DNA of 61,330 nucleotides from Rozella allomycis CSF55 (GCA_000442015.1 KE561300.1:124001-185330); one strand, 5' to 3'. Numbered from the stretch's first letter, positions 27,661 to 39,649 are shown. Notes: generated by a model from the sequence alone, not told the origin. Made by a program: numbers and translations.

Positions 27661-29032
27661 TTATTTCTTTTTGAAAGCAAATGATGAATACAATGCTATC
27701 ACCTCCCAATCCTCTGGATCAATACTCCCTTGCTTGTTTAACACATTCATTCTAGTCAACATGGACTGAAATGGCTCCTCTGCACAAAAGTCATAATACA
27801 TTTCAGTAAAATTCTTCCAATACACTAGCTCTAATCCCTCTTCTCTAGCTATCCTCTCCAATGTTTCTTTATACACTAAATACTCTGGAACACTCTCAAC
27901 CGCTTCCTTGAGATTAAATGTATATTCACACCCAAACTCTTTCTTTTCCTCTTCCTCATCAGCAAACGTAATCTTTCATTCTAATCCATCAATCTTACTT
28001 TGAAATATTCATTCCCAAAAGAATTGCCTTCCGCTTTCCTTCTAATCCTACATCCTACAATCACATCATCCTTACATTATCTCCTCAGCATTAGGTATAG
28101 TCCCTAAAACAAACACTCCACATCCACGTACCTATAAAATGTCCTCCAGGCAACATCACGTACGAAATATTCTTCATACACTGCCTAGCGCTTTCTTCAC
28201 TCTTAAACGCATAATGCAGCGAAAACTGGCACGACACAGTATCAAAAAACGCCGGGGTTATCTCATTCCACTGGAGCAGCTCCTTCCACACCCAACCATC
28301 AACCAACTCTTACCGAAAACGCATCACACGCTCTAAACTTTGCATCAAACGGCTTGCGACGCATACTTTCGTAACGACTCGTCGCTTCTTGCACAGATTT
28401 CGCAGACAAGTCTTTTAAATTGCACAAAATAGGTTACCGACACCGACCCACAGGGATATGTTGCGGAAAGACCATTTCTTCAAGTCTCCGCCTCGGCCAC
28501 ACGCAAGGTCAAGCACTCGGTCGCCGCGGCGCGCGTACTTGTGGATCAGAATCGACTTGATCCAGTTGTTGAAGGTGCGGATATGAAGGATCGATGAACT
28601 TTCGCGAGGTGGGACAGTGCGAGTTGTTAGGTCGTCATAGTGCAGGCGGATTTGGTCGTTGCAGGCAGGACTCTTAAACGATTTTTGTGAGGGAGATTCT
28701 ATATGCGATTCGTTATTTGGATCCACATGGGATTCTTTATCCGCATTGAGATTTACATCCAAACGGGGTTCTTTATACACTTGGGCATGCGATTACATAT
28801 CTTCTTTGAGCTTTTTGGAATCAGGAATGTTGGGTCCTGATGTTGGGTCAACTTTGGGCTCAGAAAATGATCGCTTTCTTGGGCGTTTTCTTTGCAGCGT
28901 TTGTTCAGACACCTCAAGTGATTTTGATAGTATATCCTTTGTTTCGTTGGCTTCAACGGCTTGCTTATTTTCGCTTGCATCTTTAACAGTCGAATCTATT
29001 GTTGTAGTCTCTTTTTTGGTTTTCTGATCCAT
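27661..29032 (-). CDS. ABD1: mRNA cap guanine-N7 methyltransferase, about 7 introns
   Basis: RTFNNWIKS, VLDLACGRGGDL, FDTVSCQFSLHY, PGGHFIGT, VPEYLV, LYSSFAFKK. Linking the 5' exon needs a non-canonical intron (see findings). Confidence 0.92.
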
Positions 29033-29098
29033 AGTCTAGAAATTTAGAAGCGGGAAATTCACAAATTAAACAATTTTTTTACAAAATGACAAAAAGAA

Positions 29099-29146
29099 TG
29101 CCTTCTGGGGGATTCGAACACCCGACCTCATGCTTACTAGGCATGC
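29099..29146 (-). tRNA. tRNA-Thr(AGT), 3' part only (5' part lost at the contig join n29147)
   Basis: Minus strand: anticodon arm CATGC-CT-AGT-AA-GCATG, T-loop GTTCGAATC, acceptor 3' strand AGAAGGCA, followed by a T-rich Pol III terminator. Confidence 0.85.
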
Positions 29147-29147
29147 N

Positions 29148-30863
29148 CAGAAAACAGCGCTCATAACTCCACTAATACCTCTGCGTTTAATAGTGTGGTA
29201 GATCTAGTTGATTGCCTATTATCGAATGGCCCCTCAGAAACATTCAAAAGACTCTGCAAAATAAAGGTCACCCCAGATTTTTGGAACTATCGACTCGCTT
29301 AGCAGAAGAAGCATTAAAACTCAACGATATTAATGCAGTTGAAGAGATTGTGGAATCAACCTTGGAATGGATCAGCTTAAGAAATTATTCGACATTGAAC
29401 CCGTGGTCTGTTGGTGAAGACGATTTTGAAGAACCCCGAGATGAAAGAGTTGAAAGAAAAGAAACTGAGTTTAAAAGACAAAGCGAAGTTAAACCACACA
29501 TCGAAGTTAAAAGACATGATGAAAAGAGAAATTCATTTTACGCGCGAAAAAAGAGAAGAATATTAAAGGGCAGGGGATATAGAAAATTAAAGAGTAAAAG
29601 TGAGAGTGAAATAGAGCATGAGAGTAGTGATGTTAAAATTGGAGGTGAGATTGGCAAGACTGTTGCTTTAAGTGATGAGAGTAGATTTGATAAGGAGAGT
29701 ATTTTTAGTGGAAGGAGTAGTAGAGAAAGCAGTGTTAGTAGAAGTCCAAATAGAACTAGAAGGGAGAGTAGCATTATTAGAGATAGTGAAAGTAATAGAA
29801 GGGAGAGTACAAGAAGGGAGAGTGAAAGTATAAGAGATACTGCACATACCAATATTGATCATCATAGACAAAGTGCACACCCTCATAACAAATTGAGGAA
29901 ATGCCAAGAAAAGGCAAACAAAAAGATAAAGATAATGATAATAATGAGAATGATGATCTATGTATTCAAATTTTAAACCTTTTACCCTTAAAAATTTTTT
30001 AAACAATTCTGATGCATCCACTAGTGGAGTGTCAGAATCATTGTAACATGTTTGAAATAACATCTTTCGCGAGCTTGAATCTTCGCGGTTTAAAAAACTA
30101 TAATGATTTACTTTTTTTAAAACATTTCTTTGAAAATTTTATAAAAAATCAGATAAAGATTTTATGTATTCAAGATCATCATTTTGTAGATGATTTTCCT
30201 ATTGATCTTTTCCCTAATAGTGTGTGGACGTCAGCAAACTCCAGTCATCATGGAGGAGTAGCTATAATATCTTTTGATCAATCTATTAAATTTAATATCA
30301 TTCAATCTTCTTCAAATTATCTTTTAGCAAATATTACAGCTAATTATATTGATATTCAAGATTTATATATATTAAATATTTAGGGTCCTCCCCAAAAAAC
30401 TTTAATTACGGAATTTGTAAAGACTTTACCGGATATCAAAAAATATACCAATCTTGTAGTCATGGGTGATTTTAATTGTACGACATATATAAATGACCGG
30501 ACACCTCAAACTGGTGTAGATCAAAGATATTGGAATTATTGGAGCAATTGGCTAAATGGATTGACAGATGTTTTTGACTTGTGTGGACAACATGAATATA
30601 GATTTACATACATAAATGCTTCTCGAGAAAACTCAAAGAGTAGAATAGACAAATTCTTTATTTCTGAAAATTTAAAGACACTTTTAGAGAAACCTTTAGA
30701 ACATATATATTACCCACGATCAGACCATATGATAATCACAATGGAATTAGGTTCTCGAAATAGGCATGAATATGGAACAGGATTTTGGAAAATGAATAAT
30801 TCTGTATTATCTGAATTTTTTTTAAATATATACAATTAAGTCAATAATCGTATTTATTAAGGA
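29148..30863 (+). mobile_element. Non-LTR (L1/Tx1-like) retrotransposon fragment: ORF1-like region + APE endonuclease, inactivated
   Basis: SLNLRGL, ILCIQD, GGVAII, MGDFN, SRIDKFF, SDH, GFWKMNNSVL; in-frame TAG at 30381-30383; bounded by n's. Confidence 0.8.
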
Positions 30864-31722
30864 NATTGATACTCTCTACGATTCAAGGATTGAAACACTA
30901 GATCTTTCAAATCAAGATATGGTTTGCAGGAATCAAGTGGATACATTATCCCAGCAGGGTTTGGAAAATTTGGCTCAGGCAATGATAAAATCAAATATTA
31001 AAAACATCGATATTCGATGTGCCGGATTTTCGTTAAATGATCTCACGTGTCTTTCGAATATACTCTCAGGAAAAGTCAATTTATTGTAAAAATAAAATTA
31101 CTTGCAATAATCATTTCGTTTCATACTCACTTTCAATCTAAGAGCTTTTAAACTTAAAGGTTCTTTTTTCACAGGTTAAGAACTCAAAAAGAACCAAATT
31201 TCATTCTACTACCATACTATAAAATTCTGTTTGTCGACTATTCGAATTAGTGAATGGGGCGCTATTCGTTAAGAATTTGAAATTAACAGTCGCCATCTAT
31301 TCAATTTTCCAGTCTTCATACGAGTAAGCTAACGAAATACCCTCTGGGCTCATATGACTTTATGTGACTAATAAATTTTTTTTTAATAAGTTAAAGAATT
31401 TATTTATAATAATCTTTCAAATCAGNAAGCCACGCCCACGATGAATGAAAAACATTGGAAGGGATATTACTAGTCTAAATCAATTAAGTTATGCGCCAAA
31501 GCAAATGCATACTTTCGAAAAGAGCAAGTCGAAAAGTCAGGCAAGAAATTCCAGCTTCAAGATTATGAAAATGCTTTAAAAGAATTTACAAAACCTATTC
31601 AGCTGATATGAATCATATTTTGTATGATTGTAGAGCCGAAGTTTTCGAGCGTTTAAAAGATTAAGAGACAGCGAAAGCAGTGCTTTGAACACAATAAAAT
31701 ACCTCACGTATAGCTAGTACTN

Positions 31723-31987
31723 TAGCCTCATGTATCAAATCCTTGTAGACTTGAGCTAAAAACGTAGCTGATTGGCCATATTTCTCTATTTTTTCCAATT
31801 TTTCAGCATATTTTATTATATCTTGTTGTATTTTATCAATTTCAACCCGTTTACGTTCACTCACTTGTCGGGCTTCCAGCAGCCCTAAAACGCTTGCCAA
31901 TAAGTCTGCTATTTTCTCTGGGGCTTTTTCATCTATTTTTCTTCTCTTGGAAAAGTTGGTGGTTCCACTTGCACTTGTAGATGCCAT
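31723..31987 (-). CDS. 5' fragment of a hypothetical gene, cut by contig join n31722
   Basis: ATG preceded by the ACCCTGGTA motif; NLS-like KRRK; helical composition. Confidence 0.45.
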
Positions 31988-32093
31988 CGTTTGTTATTAC
32001 CAGGGTGTCACAAAACTATTTTATAGACTTTGAAAACATTCAATGCGTAAGTTTGCAAATAACCGTCCTTTTCATAAAAATAAATAAAATTAG

Positions 32094-32187
32094 AATCAAT
32101 TTTGAAAGCCAAACTTTTTATTAGCATGATAGTATAAAAATATTTAAAATCAATTTTGAAAGCCAAACTTTTTATTAGCATGATAGT
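32094..32187. repeat. Perfect 40-bp direct repeat (2 copies, 14-bp spacer)
   Basis: aatcaattttgaaagccaaactttttattagcatgatagt at 32094-32133 and 32148-32187. Confidence 0.9.
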
Positions 32188-32663
32188 CGTCTAGTACCAC
32201 TCACTGTGTCAGTATGCGACTCGTGAGTCTGTATCATAAAAATCATAATANAAGTTAATTATTCGAATGTGTGTAAAGGGATAGTAACAGTATATTGACA
32301 CCAAATTTTAGTCCGCGACTTTGTTTTTGACCTATAGGGAGGCATTTTAGGGGTTAGTTTGGCATTTGCTCAAAACCTTTATAGTAGCGTCCTGTGCAAA
32401 ATATTGAACGTAAATGTCGGGTCTCTGCCAAATATTGAAATGCTAAAACTGCCTGAAGAGGTCATTGTCTATAGGTCATACATATGAATTTCAAAGTTGA
32501 CGTNGATATCAAGAATTTTAAGTTTATGAGCGTGCAATGTTCATTCTAAAGTTTGAAACTACCAAGGCGCTAGCAAAGTATGAAAGGGTGTCGCTCAATG
32601 CGCTCACAGTATCTTAATCCTCATAAATTGGATAGTAAATCCAAAGATAAAAGAGTAAAATTN

Positions 32664-33333
32664 AAGATCAGACATTGACAACTTAATTGATTTTATTTTG
32701 GCGATTCCGAACCCTGAGAAGCTGAAGACGTTGCACTTGGCGCTTTACGGTGATTGCGGGCACGAAGACATGATATTTTTTGTAGACGAGAATGGCATTT
32801 TAACAAAGAGAGCATTGAATCTAACGAAGATGAAGGTGAATTGGATAATGAAGATGATTATGATTATGAGAACGACGGTGGAAATGTATCACTTTTATCT
32901 TACCTCAAGCGATTTTCCAATGTTGAAGAGTTCAGTGCCCCTTGGATTTACGAACAAGAAGATTGGGAAGTACTTGGATCATTTACTGGATTAAAGAAAC
33001 TTTTTCTGATGGCTGGTAAAAATGGGTCTGAATTATGTTATTTAAAGACATATTCGCCTGTATTGCTTTACTCCGGGACAGTCATTGGATTTTGTTGAAA
33101 AGTTGAATGCCCCACTAGAGTTTGTTGAAATAGTCCTCGAAGAAAATGAAGCATATTATTGTGGCTTTGGTGAAGATAATAGCAAAATGTATAAAGCACT
33201 GTCTGAAAAATATCCAAATGCTCGTATCGTCTGTGATATGACCTATACTAACTGGCATGATATTGCCGATGATTTGTTGCTCATATTGCAGCGTCCATTC
33301 AATAGTGGGTATAACCCTTCCATTTTTGAATAA
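32664..33333 (+). CDS. 3' part of a leucine-rich-repeat-like protein or pseudogene
   Basis: LKTLHL, FSNVEEF, FTGLKKLFL, PLEFVEI motifs spread over three frames; I could not fully resolve the splicing. Confidence 0.4.
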
Positions 33334-33947
33334 ATTGATTTCTGACAATATTTTTTTTCTTTTTTAATAAGTTAAAAAATTTAAATTATTTAATGAGTAA
33401 ATTTTTCTTCAAAACTTCAAGAGCGTAGGAATGAGGCTCATTCAATGAGCCATGAGATTGAGGATGTCTATTTCTTCCTTCGAAGGCTTCCCTAGGGTTA
33501 AAGTTTCAAAGAAAATTTCAAAATTATTTATACCGATAGACTAGACTCTTGCACATTTATGTAATGCATAAATTGTATCCAATAAGGTGCGCTGACTTCA
33601 GGACATTCAAAAAATTTGTGTATGGCACAAATAAAGAACACCTTGTACATTTTTTTGATATATTTTGATCAAAATTAAACAGATTTTAGATGTCCTCCAT
33701 GGTCTAGCATCTAACCATATTGTCGCTCCATGCGCTCATAGAACTTTAATCCTCGTAAATAGGATAGTAANTTAAGATGTTAAGAATGGGATGTCTAGTT
33801 AACTCCATTGTGAATTTTCGAGATTGAAAGACACTTGACTAAAATTTTATATTTATTCTTTGGAAGCTAATATATGCACCATGAATCAGAAGAAAGAAAC
33901 TTAGAGGCCTCTTAAAAGTCAACTCAAAAATCTCCGAGTAGATTGAA

Positions 33948-35224
33948 ATGTCTACTGCGTATTGTCTTTCAATTTGCCACGGTAAAGCGTGTGAATATGA
34001 AAACTTTGAATTCTTTGATGAAAATGATAAAAAAAATCTAGCGTTTCCATTCTTCAATTCAAATTGGTAAAGTGGTTTCATGTGATCAACAAGGATAAAT
34101 GAAAACGTGTTAGCTATGCAGCGGCCTTCCGAGAGTTTAATAAAACAAATCGATTTATTAAAAAGATTCAAAGACTGTGGCATTGGAGCCATTTTTAATC
34201 TTCAAGAGCCCGGAGAACATGCATATTGCGGTGATGGGATAATTGAAAAAAATGGCTTCTCGTATGACCCTCGGGCATTCATCAATAATCAAAGTAATTT
34301 TTTTGACTCTTTACGATAGTAAACTTTTACAATATTTGGTGGTAACGTTAAACCGCGCAAGTTACAAGGAAAGACATGAGTACACCGGATTGTGAAAAAA
34401 TGCTTAATATTGTTCAAATTATGGATGACGAAATATGCAAAAATCAGAAAAAAGTTGCTGTTCATTGTCATGCTGGTCTTGGTAACTTATGGTATATGAA
34501 TTCAAAGGTCGGACTGGTGTTGCAATAGCGTCATATTTGGTTTATTCCAACAAAATCAACGCAGGTGTAGCAATTCAACAAGTTCGTGCAAAGAGGTATT
34601 AAGGTTGCCCATAAAGAATAGACCAAAAGCATTACTAACAAATAAGCAATGCGAATTTATTCAAGAATTTCAAACCTTTCTAGGTCAATTAAGATTGACA
34701 TTTCCAATAGGCACACAAAAAATTGAATATTCAGACTTCTTGAAGCGACAAAAAATGATACTACGCGGGAAAGAGGCCATAAAATACAAGTCGATTCCAA
34801 AGGTACGATATCGATGGAATCTAAAAAGTTTCTAGAATTATTCGTCAACAGGATTTTTAAGGAAACAGATTTAGGCTTTAAAAATATCGACGACTTCTTG
34901 GTGCTTTCCAAAGGAATCGATATAAGTGACGAAAGATCTTTATTAAACAATCAAGACTTCAAATTTATTGAAATTGCAAAACCCATCAAATTGTTTACAA
35001 TCATTGATTCTTGGCTGAGGTCTTTGGATGTAAGTAAAGGACTTACATGGACATTAGATTTCTTCAAGTAAAGACGAGGATTATCGTTGCTTTTATGAAT
35101 TGTTGTTAGCGATTTATTCTAAAGTAAAAATTTCCCTTGATTATATTAGGCATTTCAAATGAATGATGCCAATACCAGCGAAGTGTTAAAAAGAGAATAC
35201 AACATATACTCGAAATTGAAATAA
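33948..35224 (+). CDS. PTPDC1: Protein tyrosine phosphatase domain-containing protein 1, 8 introns
   Basis: CHGKACEYEN, LAMQRPS, NLQEPGEHAYCG, GFSYDP, catalytic VHCHAGLGRTG. Confidence 0.9.
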
Positions 35225-35234
35225 ATGTTTTATT

Positions 35235-35756
35235 TTACAGCATTTTAAAAATTCCATTCATTAAGTGTTGTTGGGTCATTTTCAAAGCGCTTTCCAACGA
35301 TTGTTTATTTCCTTGTTTAACCTCTTCCAAAGATCTGTTATCAGCTGAGGCATGTTCAATTTCATTCGCTTTACGAGATAGATATTCTATACTGTGTCCA
35401 GATTCCTTAGTCGAAGTCCATTGGTTGGGCAAACTAGGTGCAGAAAACCATTTCAATTCCCCATCCACCGAATCAAACACATTCAAAATCTATACCAAAA
35501 GACCTGATTTATTTACATCTTCGGGTACATTAGGATTGGCTTCAGGTAAGGCTTCAAAGGTAATAGGATATTCAGCAGCTGGGATTTGTGAGGGAGTCCT
35601 CAAACTATACGTGGCAAAACTTGTAAATGGTGTTCTCGGAAATGAAAAAGGAGATGGTAGACTAGAAGAGTATGGCATAGAAGTCATCATAGGTGCATAC
35701 TTTTGGTTTTCAACCAGTGGGGGCTTAGACATGTGGCGAATTGGTAAAGAGTACAT
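35235..35756 (-). CDS. Small protein resembling the C-terminal region of fungal Rsc1/Rsc2, 1 intron
   Basis: After a 27-nt intron: ANPNVPEDILNVFDSVDGELKWFSAP...GHSIEYLSRKA; similarity recognised from memory, not searched. Confidence 0.5.
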
Positions 35757-35786
35757 TTATTAAATATCTATATGAACAATTATGTA

Positions 35787-36284
35787 TTATTTCCATCGAT
35801 GTACTTCTGTTAGGAGCTCTTCATCAACTATAAATGAGGCATCACCGACATTAAGGTGATCCTCAGATGACTTTTGCTCATCAATTTGTTTCAACTGATC
35901 ATCAATCGATGGAAGACAGAACACTGGTTCTTCCTCACTTTCTTCTTCTTTGGGATCAAATGCGTGTAGCTTTACACGCCATGCTCTCACTAATCCAGCC
36001 CATTGACGAGTCGAAAGTTTTCGCGTTCTATCTGGAGTAGAAGGATGTACACCACGAATCCTTGACTTCTTTGGAATAAGATTTACATAGTTTTGGTATG
36101 CCTTGGTATTCTTTCCAAAATCTATTTGTTTTTGTCTTTGCTTTAAACGATGAGCATCTGTTTCTCTTTCCCTTTTGTAAGGATGATTACTGACGACGGG
36201 TTTTTTCTTTGTTTTTTCTAGAGGGCTTTCCATTCTTAATGGAGACGATGGACAATTATCTTTTAATATTGGGGATTCGCTCAT
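35787..36284 (-). CDS. SLBP: Histone mRNA stem-loop binding protein
   Basis: ETDAHRLKQRQKQIDFGKNTKAYQNY...HPSTPD...STRQWAGLVRAWRVKLHAFDP = SLBP RNA-binding domain; alternative in-frame ATG at 36317. Confidence 0.9.
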   Translation of the reverse strand: MSESPILKDNCPSSPLRMESPLEKTKKKPVVSNHPYKRERETDAHRLKQRQKQIDFGKNTKAYQNYVNLIPKKSRIRGVHPSTPDRTRKLSTRQWAGLVRAWRVKLHAFDPKEEESEEEPVFCLPSIDDQLKQIDEQKSSEDHLNVGDASFIVDEELLTEVHRWK

Positions 36285-36315
36285 CGCAAGGTTGACGAAA
36301 ATTCCAAGTTGCCCC

Positions 36316-36536
36316 ATGGATTTTGAGGACGACTTTGAAGAAGTTCTTGATGAAGTACAATTGGAATCGACGAAACAAGCGTTAAAAACATTCTATTTAG
36401 TCGCCCCTATACTTGGATTGTTCTTGGGCAAACGGCTAGTTCGAAGTTGTAAACTATACAATCAAAATTATGACTAGTATGTTGGCATTTTATCGGCAAT
36501 GTTCCCATATTTTGTTTTAAATACCTAAAGAAATAA
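36316..36536 (+). CDS. Small membrane protein, Mim2-like (mitochondrial outer-membrane import), 1 intron
   Basis: Acidic N-terminus then ESTKQALKTFYLVAPILGLFLGKRLVRSLCW after a 29-nt intron. Confidence 0.5.
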
Positions 36537-36587
36537 TACATGCACTGCGCAAAAGTAAATTCTCCTAATTTTCTTAATTTTTCATCT

Positions 36588-38526
36588 ATGATTTCATTGT
36601 TCAATATTTGCTTATCATACCTCCTCTTTAATATCATATGTTGTGACCATTCATTTCAACAAATTTATGTAGAAACCTGCCCGTTAGTCTTAAACCAAGA
36701 AAGGAAGTACGGATGTTTGGATGGGTCATTTGTATTGGAAGGACCAATAATATGTATGGAGACAGCTGAAAAAGCTTATAACTTATATAAATCTTCAAAT
36801 ATTCGCCCATGTGTGGTAGTGTTTAAAAATCAACTTCCAGAAATACGTCAATTGGCGAGTTACGACATAAAACCGCTCTCCGTTGTTATTTTGAACAAAA
36901 CTTTGGAAAATTATCCAGACAACAACATTGAAATTTCTAGTCTTTATGAATTTCACAGTTCATTTCCCATTGTTTATGTGAGAAATGAAAAAGATGTTCT
37001 GAAAGTTAAAGATTCATGTGAAAAAAATAAAAAATATAGTTTATAAACTTCACCGAACATTGGTAGAGTACTTTCCAGAATGGATGCCTCAGGATCCAGC
37101 AGTGTGCTGTCCTGTTTATCTAGAGGTATATGTGTTCATTGATGAATACAGGATTTTGCAAGCCAATAGGAGGCCAGAATATATTAAGCTCATTAAAAAA
37201 TGTCGAAGAAACAGGGTTTTTGTTAACCGGGTTACTGGATTCGCGTTCACTCTTTCCATATCTTACTGAAGGCGTTTATTCACATGTTTCATCCTTAGTT
37301 TTACTGTTGAGTGTCTTTGAGGCTTTAAGTAAGGTAAAATCACCTGTTGTGATCGAAACAAGGTGACAAGATCGGACTTTAAGCACAACGTCCATTTCCT
37401 AGCGCTTTCCGCTGAGCAATATGGTCAAACTGGCAGCAAGAGATTTTTGAAAGATTTACATGATTGTAATAGAGACCCAAATTTATACCATTGTCAGTCT
37501 AAATTTATTTCAAATACTGAATATCTTGCTTTTAATCATTCAAAATTAAAAGGGATTATAGATCTAGGAGCCCTTAGAAGCAACAAACCATATATTAGAT
37601 TTAGTGATTCCAATTCACAATTTTTGGTAGAAAAGTTACAAAATATCTCCACCCCTTCTATTGTATATCAGCCAATTCAGATTGATTCTTATGAATTTTT
37701 ATCGTCTTTTAACTCTAAAATTCCGAAAATATCACTTAGCGACGTTTCCAAAGTAAAAGAGACACCATTAAACTTTGCCTTCCTTGATGACTTGGAATCA
37801 TATTTGCAAGATCAAAAAGACCAAGTTATTTCTAATTTATGCCAAATTGGAACTAATGTGGCCACTTTATTATATCAACTTTCTACTGAAAAGTTGACTA
37901 GCGTTACGGTGGATTGTAAACTGGTACAAACTCATTAATAACACTATAGATCGAAGATTTTTTACATTGCTTCTCTTCAAATTTCAGTTGTCCTATTATT
38001 ACAGATTTATACCCGGTTGGTACGTTCTTCATTTTATTATTAGAGGCACTGAACTACCAAGGAGAGTGCTACATAATCCCCGTGTGTTTAGACCATTTCT
38101 ATTTTCTTCTTTAACCGAGGCAGTTTTCTTATATTTTTCAAAGAAAACAGTAACAAACAGTACTGATATATCATGCAAAGATCACAGTGATTGTAGCGGG
38201 ACGGTAATATGGCATCGAATAATTTAATATTAAGGCTGTGTGTTTTGACAATTTTTGCAAAAATACACAAACTTATAATATAAACAGTTATGGACCGGGC
38301 ATTTATTTTGATAATGATGATGGTTCATGGAAGGCAACAAACGATGAAGTTGGATACGTAACTAGCACGTAAAGATGTCTTTCTCTACAAACAAAGATTT
38401 GATTCTCCGATTTTAGAAGTTGTAGTAATCCCAAGCACACCGGTATACGCTATTCAAATCTGTGCGTCGTTATTTGTAATAGTAATTGGAACACTAGTAA
38501 TGAGCCAAATACTAAAAAGGCTATAG
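36588..38526 (+). CDS. NCSTN: Nicastrin (gamma-secretase subunit), about 7 introns
   Basis: Signal peptide; CPLVLN...YGC, CKPIGGQNI, LDSRSLF, LLSVFEALSK, AEQYGQTGSKRFLKDL; C-terminal TM helix. One junction (about 37039-37068) is uncertain. Confidence 0.85.
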
Positions 38527-38556
38527 TATTAATTATGAAAATAAAACCTTATTTAT

Positions 38557-38875
38557 TTATTTCTTTCCAGACTTCTTGATTTCAACTGGTTCAATGGCTG
38601 AAAGTCAAAATAAATGATATAGCTTACTGTGGGGAAGAGATTCTCTTAGTTTTTTAGCCTTAGAAGGATCATTTAAAACCAAAGTGTATAAATACTTTGA
38701 ACAGCGAACCTGAGGTGAAAAGAGATAGTGACGAATACCTTAAATTTAACTTGATTCTTTTCATTCTTTTTGATTCTGATCGATTTAACGTCAGCTCTTT
38801 TGGTGATGTTAATAAATTCTTTTAAATCGTAGACTTGTTTTGGCTTATATAATCGCAAACAAAACTTGTTACCAT
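38557..38875 (-). CDS. RPL38: 60S ribosomal protein L38 (eL38), 3 introns
   Basis: [12 protein letters not shown]...[15 protein letters not shown]...[10 protein letters not shown]. Confidence 0.96.
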
Positions 38876-39116
38876 TTTTTTTCAGTCCGACCAGGGTAGG
38901 GAGAAATTTCATAAATGGTAGCAGCAGAAAAATTGTTATCTTTCGAAACCACTTCTTCTTTCTGATTATTTGTTGACTGTTACCTTCTCGATGTATGATA
39001 TTTTTTCATTCGCATTTTTTGATACAAAGTTACAAACCAATGGATTGAGGACATAATATACAGACTACAGTTACACTCAACTTTTGGCATTTCTTTATTA
39101 AATCTATTAATTTACG

Positions 39117-39649
39117 ATGGCTAATTCCCTTGAAAAGCAAATTTTCGAAATGAATCGAATTCAATTTGGAATGTCTCAAAATAGCAAAACGGTCTTAACT
39201 TTAGTCAGATTCAAATCATTTCGATTAAAAGATGTAAAAAATAAGTTTTTTTGTAGTAGTCTTACGAGCCCCATGAACTGGCTGCCTTTTCCAGGAAGAC
39301 AATCCCAAATGTGAGACAACCACCCATTAAAGTCAAAAAACTAGATTTATTTAAAATGTTTCATGTGCCATTAAGATTACAGTATAAGGTACTTATTATG
39401 ACTAGTCATCTTATCGGAACCTTGAATTGTGCAATAGATTTGTCGACAGTTTGGGACGTATTCAAGGGAGACATATCACTGGCTTGGAACATTATCAACA
39501 CAGAGCCGCAGAACGTGCAGTAAAACTCGCGCGCCATTTCGGTACTTAATTGATTTGATGAATCAATAGGGGTCATGCCTTATACATATAAAAAAGAATT
39601 CACCATGGAATCAGTCTTAAAATCTAGTCACGAGAAACCTAATGAATAA
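39117..39649 (+). CDS. RSM18: Mitochondrial ribosomal protein bS18m, 3 introns
   Basis: YK|NLELCNRFVDSLGRIQGRHITGLEHYQHRAAERAVKLARHFGVMPY matches the S18 core. Confidence 0.8.

Noticed and set aside
32094-32187. CRISPR-like array
   Set aside because: Only two repeat copies, a 14-bp spacer, eukaryotic context and no cas genes
30865-33771. Gene order or novel locus structure in this stretch
   Set aside because: A patchwork of short contigs joined by n (30864, 31426, 31722, 32251, 32504, 32663, 33771), so adjacency is unreliable
35757-35804. SLBP spliced to the Rsc-like ORF as a fusion
   Set aside because: The only GT-AG option (37 nt) lands in a different frame from the downstream ORF
37039-37068. 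Nicastrin in-frame TAA as readthrough or a further non-canonical intron
   Set aside because: Unresolved: a 30-nt GTTTAT...GAG intron fixes it but skips a TAG at 28 nt, and adjacent A-homopolymers could hide an assembly error
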